From: Camelus dromedarius
Lineage: Eukaryota
Length of the DNA: 64,000 nucleotides
NCBI RefSeq assembly: GCF_036321535.1
Contig: NC_087436.1
Location: forward strand, 120,282,001-120,346,000
Direction: 5' to 3'
Every line of letters starts with the position of its first letter. The stretch's first letter is position 1. A program made the translations under genes and the position numbers. Of this stretch, positions 60,490 to 64,000 are shown piece by piece. The notes under the pieces are model-generated. The model ran no database searches. It saw only the letters and a list, made by a program, of their open reading frames with translations, and was not told the origin of the DNA.

Positions 60490-61120
60490 TAGCATGACCA
60501 CCAGGAAAATGGCATGACGGTGCCTCCAGAAATGAAACAGAGAGACCCTTTGACCCAACACTCCTCCCTGGCATGTGCCCCCAGGAAATGGAAGCAGGTG
60601 TTCAGACAGATACAGGCACACCCACATCCACAGGAGCATCAAGCCCAGGAGCCAAGCAGTGGAAGCAACCAGAGTGTCCACGGAAGGATGGATGGATGGA
60701 TGGACAAAATATAGTCCATCCCTACATGGAATATGATTCAGCCTTGAAAAGGAAGGAAGTTCTGACACCTGCTACAGCAGGGATGAACCTTGAGGACATT
60801 ACACTCAGTGACATAAGCTAGTCACAAAAGGACAAATCCCATGTGACAGCACTGATAGGAGGTCCCTGGATTTGTCAAATGCACAGAGGCAGAAAACAAA
60901 ACAGTCATGACTCGGGGGAGAGGCTGGGGGAGAGAAGGCAGGTGAGGAGCGACTTAATGGGGTCAGAGTTTGTTGAGGATGATGGAAAAAGTTCTGGAGA
61001 TGGACAGTGGTGAAGGTTTCACAACAATGTGAATTTACTGAACGCCACTGAACTGCACACTTAAAAATGGTTAAAATAGCACAGTTTATATTACACATGT
61101 TTTACAATTAAAAAAATGAT
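60490..61120 (+). mobile_element. L1MB-like 3' end
   Basis: ggaatatgattcagccttgaaaaggaaggaagttctgacacctgctaca...ggatgaaccttgaggacatta...cacttaaaaatggttaaaat...ttttacaattaaaaaaa. Confidence 0.87.
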
Positions 61121-64000
61121 TAAAAATGCAAATAATACTCTGCACCTAGTGATGGAAAGAGAATGTGTTCAAACCAACCACAGAAAACCCACTGGATAGA
61201 ATCACAGGCAGCGGCTGCTAAGCATGCTGCCAGCGTGTCCGGTGCTGGGGGAGGGCTCACGGGGTGCTGTCCCACGGGCTGATGTCCCGGGAGGACAGCA
61301 CAGTGCGATGCCTGAGGCTTTGCGAGGCGGGCCCGCGCGGAGGGGAAGGCTGGCCACGGCTGGTGGGAGGCGCGGACCGTCTCCTCTTCAGTCACCCGCT
61401 CCTGCAAACACAAACGCCTGTCTTGTTTGCTGCACGGCTGCTCCTCCTGCTGCGCCTGCTGCCAACGTGATGACGACAAAAGATCCCCAACAACTCAAGT
61501 AAGAGTGGCACCCCAGGAAGAGGCTGGGTCCCTCTCTGTAAGGCCCCTGGTGGCAGAGGGTGGCACCCGGATGTGTGTGGGGAGAAGACAAGAGCCCCCA
61601 GCAGCTTAGAACGAGAGACGCCTGTGGCCTAGCCTGCCAGCCTGGAGGCTCAGCAGCCGAGAAGAGCTTCGGAGGACGAATAAACCCTTACTCAATTCCA
61701 AGAGGCCTGGGTGTGTGAGCAGTGTCTTTTAAAGCCTCTTTTCTCATTAAAATCAATGGCAAGGCCTGCTGCCCCGTGGACACGCCTCCTGCAAGGTCAT
61801 TACACCGGACTTCCAGCTCTGGCCGCTCCCCGCCCCGCCCTCGCCGTCTGCACCTCGCCTTCTCCCAGCAGGGTGGTGGGAAGGGCCTGGACACGGACAG
61901 ACAGCCCTGGGCTCCGCTCGAATTGCTGCTGTAGTTCTGGCCGCGTGGCCTCCGCTGCCCTCCCCCCAAGCCTCAGAACCCTAAGTTTCTCTGAGGATCC
62001 TGGGGAAGCTCTAGGGGGGTCACAAGCATCCACGTGCTCGGAGGAGTAATGGCTCGAGTGAAGACAAGCTGTCATCTTACGGGTTATAAGATCCACAAGT
62101 CTGGGCCCCAAATGTGCCCGACAGGTAATCACCGGCCCCTCTCCCTCCTCGGCAAGACCTCAGCCACACATGGCCTCCTTCAGAGCCTGCCCTGCAATTC
62201 ATTTTCCCTCCCGCAGAAGCTCTTGGGCACCCAGGGAGACGGCCTTTGCCAAATATAAATGGAAATCGGGTCTCTTTTCTCAAGCAGAGCCAAGTAATCA
62301 ATATTGGAATAATTCCACTTCCAGAAACAAAGGGAGTGTGGATCAGGCTGTGCTCAGTGTCACGAGCAGATCTGTCTGCAAGTCTGGGCGCAGCCAATCC
62401 ACAAGTGTGGGCGCCTCCTGCAAGGTCATTACACCTGACCTCCAGCTCTCCAGGCCGCTCCCCGCCCCATCCTCCTGTAAAACGAGAACTTGGGACAAGA
62501 TGCTGACTTGCCAGGCCAGGGCAAGGGCTGCATTGTGAAATTTCTCTTGTCTGCATGCTTGGGGCCAAGCAGACTTCCAAACGTCCCAGAGAGCAGCCTG
62601 CACGTTGTGTGGGCCCACCGCCTTGGGCGTGAGCCCCTGCTCCCTGGCTCCGAGCAGGAAGTGACACCAACACCCGGGTCGCTGCTGCAGAGGGAAGCGC
62701 TGTGGGGCGCTGCCGTCCTGATGCCACCCAGGCGGCCAGTGACTGTCCCCACCTACCTCAGGCCACAGATCCCGGCCACTAGTGTCATTCCCCTCCAACT
62801 TGCTGCAGCCCCGAGAGTCGGGTGGTGCCGTGGGAAATAAAAGGTTCTATTCCTGGTGTAAACGTCTTTCCCAGAACTGGGGCGGTGAGGGCCGGGCCGC
62901 TGCCAGGGTCTCCGTCCTGGCCCGAGCCCCTTCTCTGCATCTCTACGTCTCTCCAGCCTACATGGCACTGAAGCCCGCCCTTGTGACCATCCGCTCCCAG
63001 GACAGCCCCCCTGGCCAGACTGTACTTCCAGAGGGCACTGCCCGACATGGCCCAGTGGGGGCCGGGCAGGGGCCCCAGCCTCCAGGGTGAGCATGTGGCA
63101 TTTGCCGTGGCTCTCACCTCAGAGGCAGCAGGCACACACCTCGTCACCCAGAATCACGGGGCGTCCTCCCCATCCCAGAACCTGAGAGCTACCAGGTTTA
63201 GTAAGATGTGGTAAGTCTCAGAAGAGGCCACGTCTGTCCCAAGCCGTCTGCTCTCTTGAATGAAACAACACACAGGGCCGGGTCTGGGTGGCAAGGGCTC
63301 GAGGGGTGGGCTGCCAAGCCCTGGGTCGTGGGCATCCCTGCTGCGTGGGTAGTGGTGGTGGGGGTGCGCAGGCTTCCAAGCCAGGGGCTGCGCCTCGACC
63401 CCCAGGGGGCTGAAGGAAGGTGCCGCTTCCCTCTGGGGCCTGGCCCTCCCCAGGACAGGCCACCATGCTGATCAAGTGCTTTCTCAGGCTGTGTTTCCAT
63501 CACGTGCTGTCTGTGTTTCTCACTCGGCTGGAAGCGTCAGGAGGGAGGAGCAGCGTCAGGGTCACCTCTGGGGCCCAGCCATGCCCTCAGATGGAAGCAC
63601 TGCCTCTGCTCCCCACCTCGTGGGTGCCGGGCTGGCTGGCTGGCCTGCGCGGCCCAGGGAGAGGGCAGGCTCTGCCGTGAAAGGGGCGTCCTTCCCGGTT
63701 TCGGCCGCCCCAGGCAGAGGCAGGGCCTCGCAAGGGAAACAGGCACTTAGTTGCGGGGTGGGATTCGAGGAGCCACCCCCTCCCTGCAGACTGCTTTCAG
63801 GGGTTCCCCAGGAGATGCCATGGTTAGGAGGCAGGCTGAGGCCCGACTGTCCCACTGTCACCCCCACATCCAGAGCAGAGCCCTTTTGGGGTCTCCTGCC
63901 GGGCTCAGGGGTGCCCACAGAGTGAGGGGAAGGCAGGCAGAAAAGCTCAGAGCAGGGCATCGGTGGGGAGGCAGCCCCCAGGGGCAGGGCAGGAAGGACC

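Overview
This is GC-rich mammalian genomic DNA, most likely camelid (camel, alpaca or llama), judging from three vic-1-type tRNA-derived SINEs. The window lies inside ABLIM2 on the minus strand. Six coding exons (equivalent to human exons 2-7; 144, 184, 116, 127, 94 and 88 bp; all GT-AG and phase-compatible) join into 251 uninterrupted codons encoding LIM1-3 and most of LIM4. Exon 1 and exons 8 onward were not found and appear to lie outside the window. The rest is intron, filled with L1, L2, MIR, MLT1, ERV1-type LTRs, MER20 and simple repeats. I found no prokaryotic or CRISPR system, and the other ORFs in the track look like chance ORFs or repeat translations. The most interesting signals are regulatory or transposon-related: (1) a CpG-island-like candidate internal promoter in intron 6, which also holds a perfect REST/RE1 site; (2) four strong RFX X-boxes between 9.2 and 18.3 kb; (3) a CTCF site with its upstream module; (4) an LTR abutting the exon 6 donor; (5) an L1 3' end with a possible 3' transduction inside a TSD; (6) two short dispersed duplications; (7) a 38-bp VNTR with dimeric higher-order structure. 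Repeat family names and boundaries were assigned by eye and are approximate. Motif functions are hypotheses.
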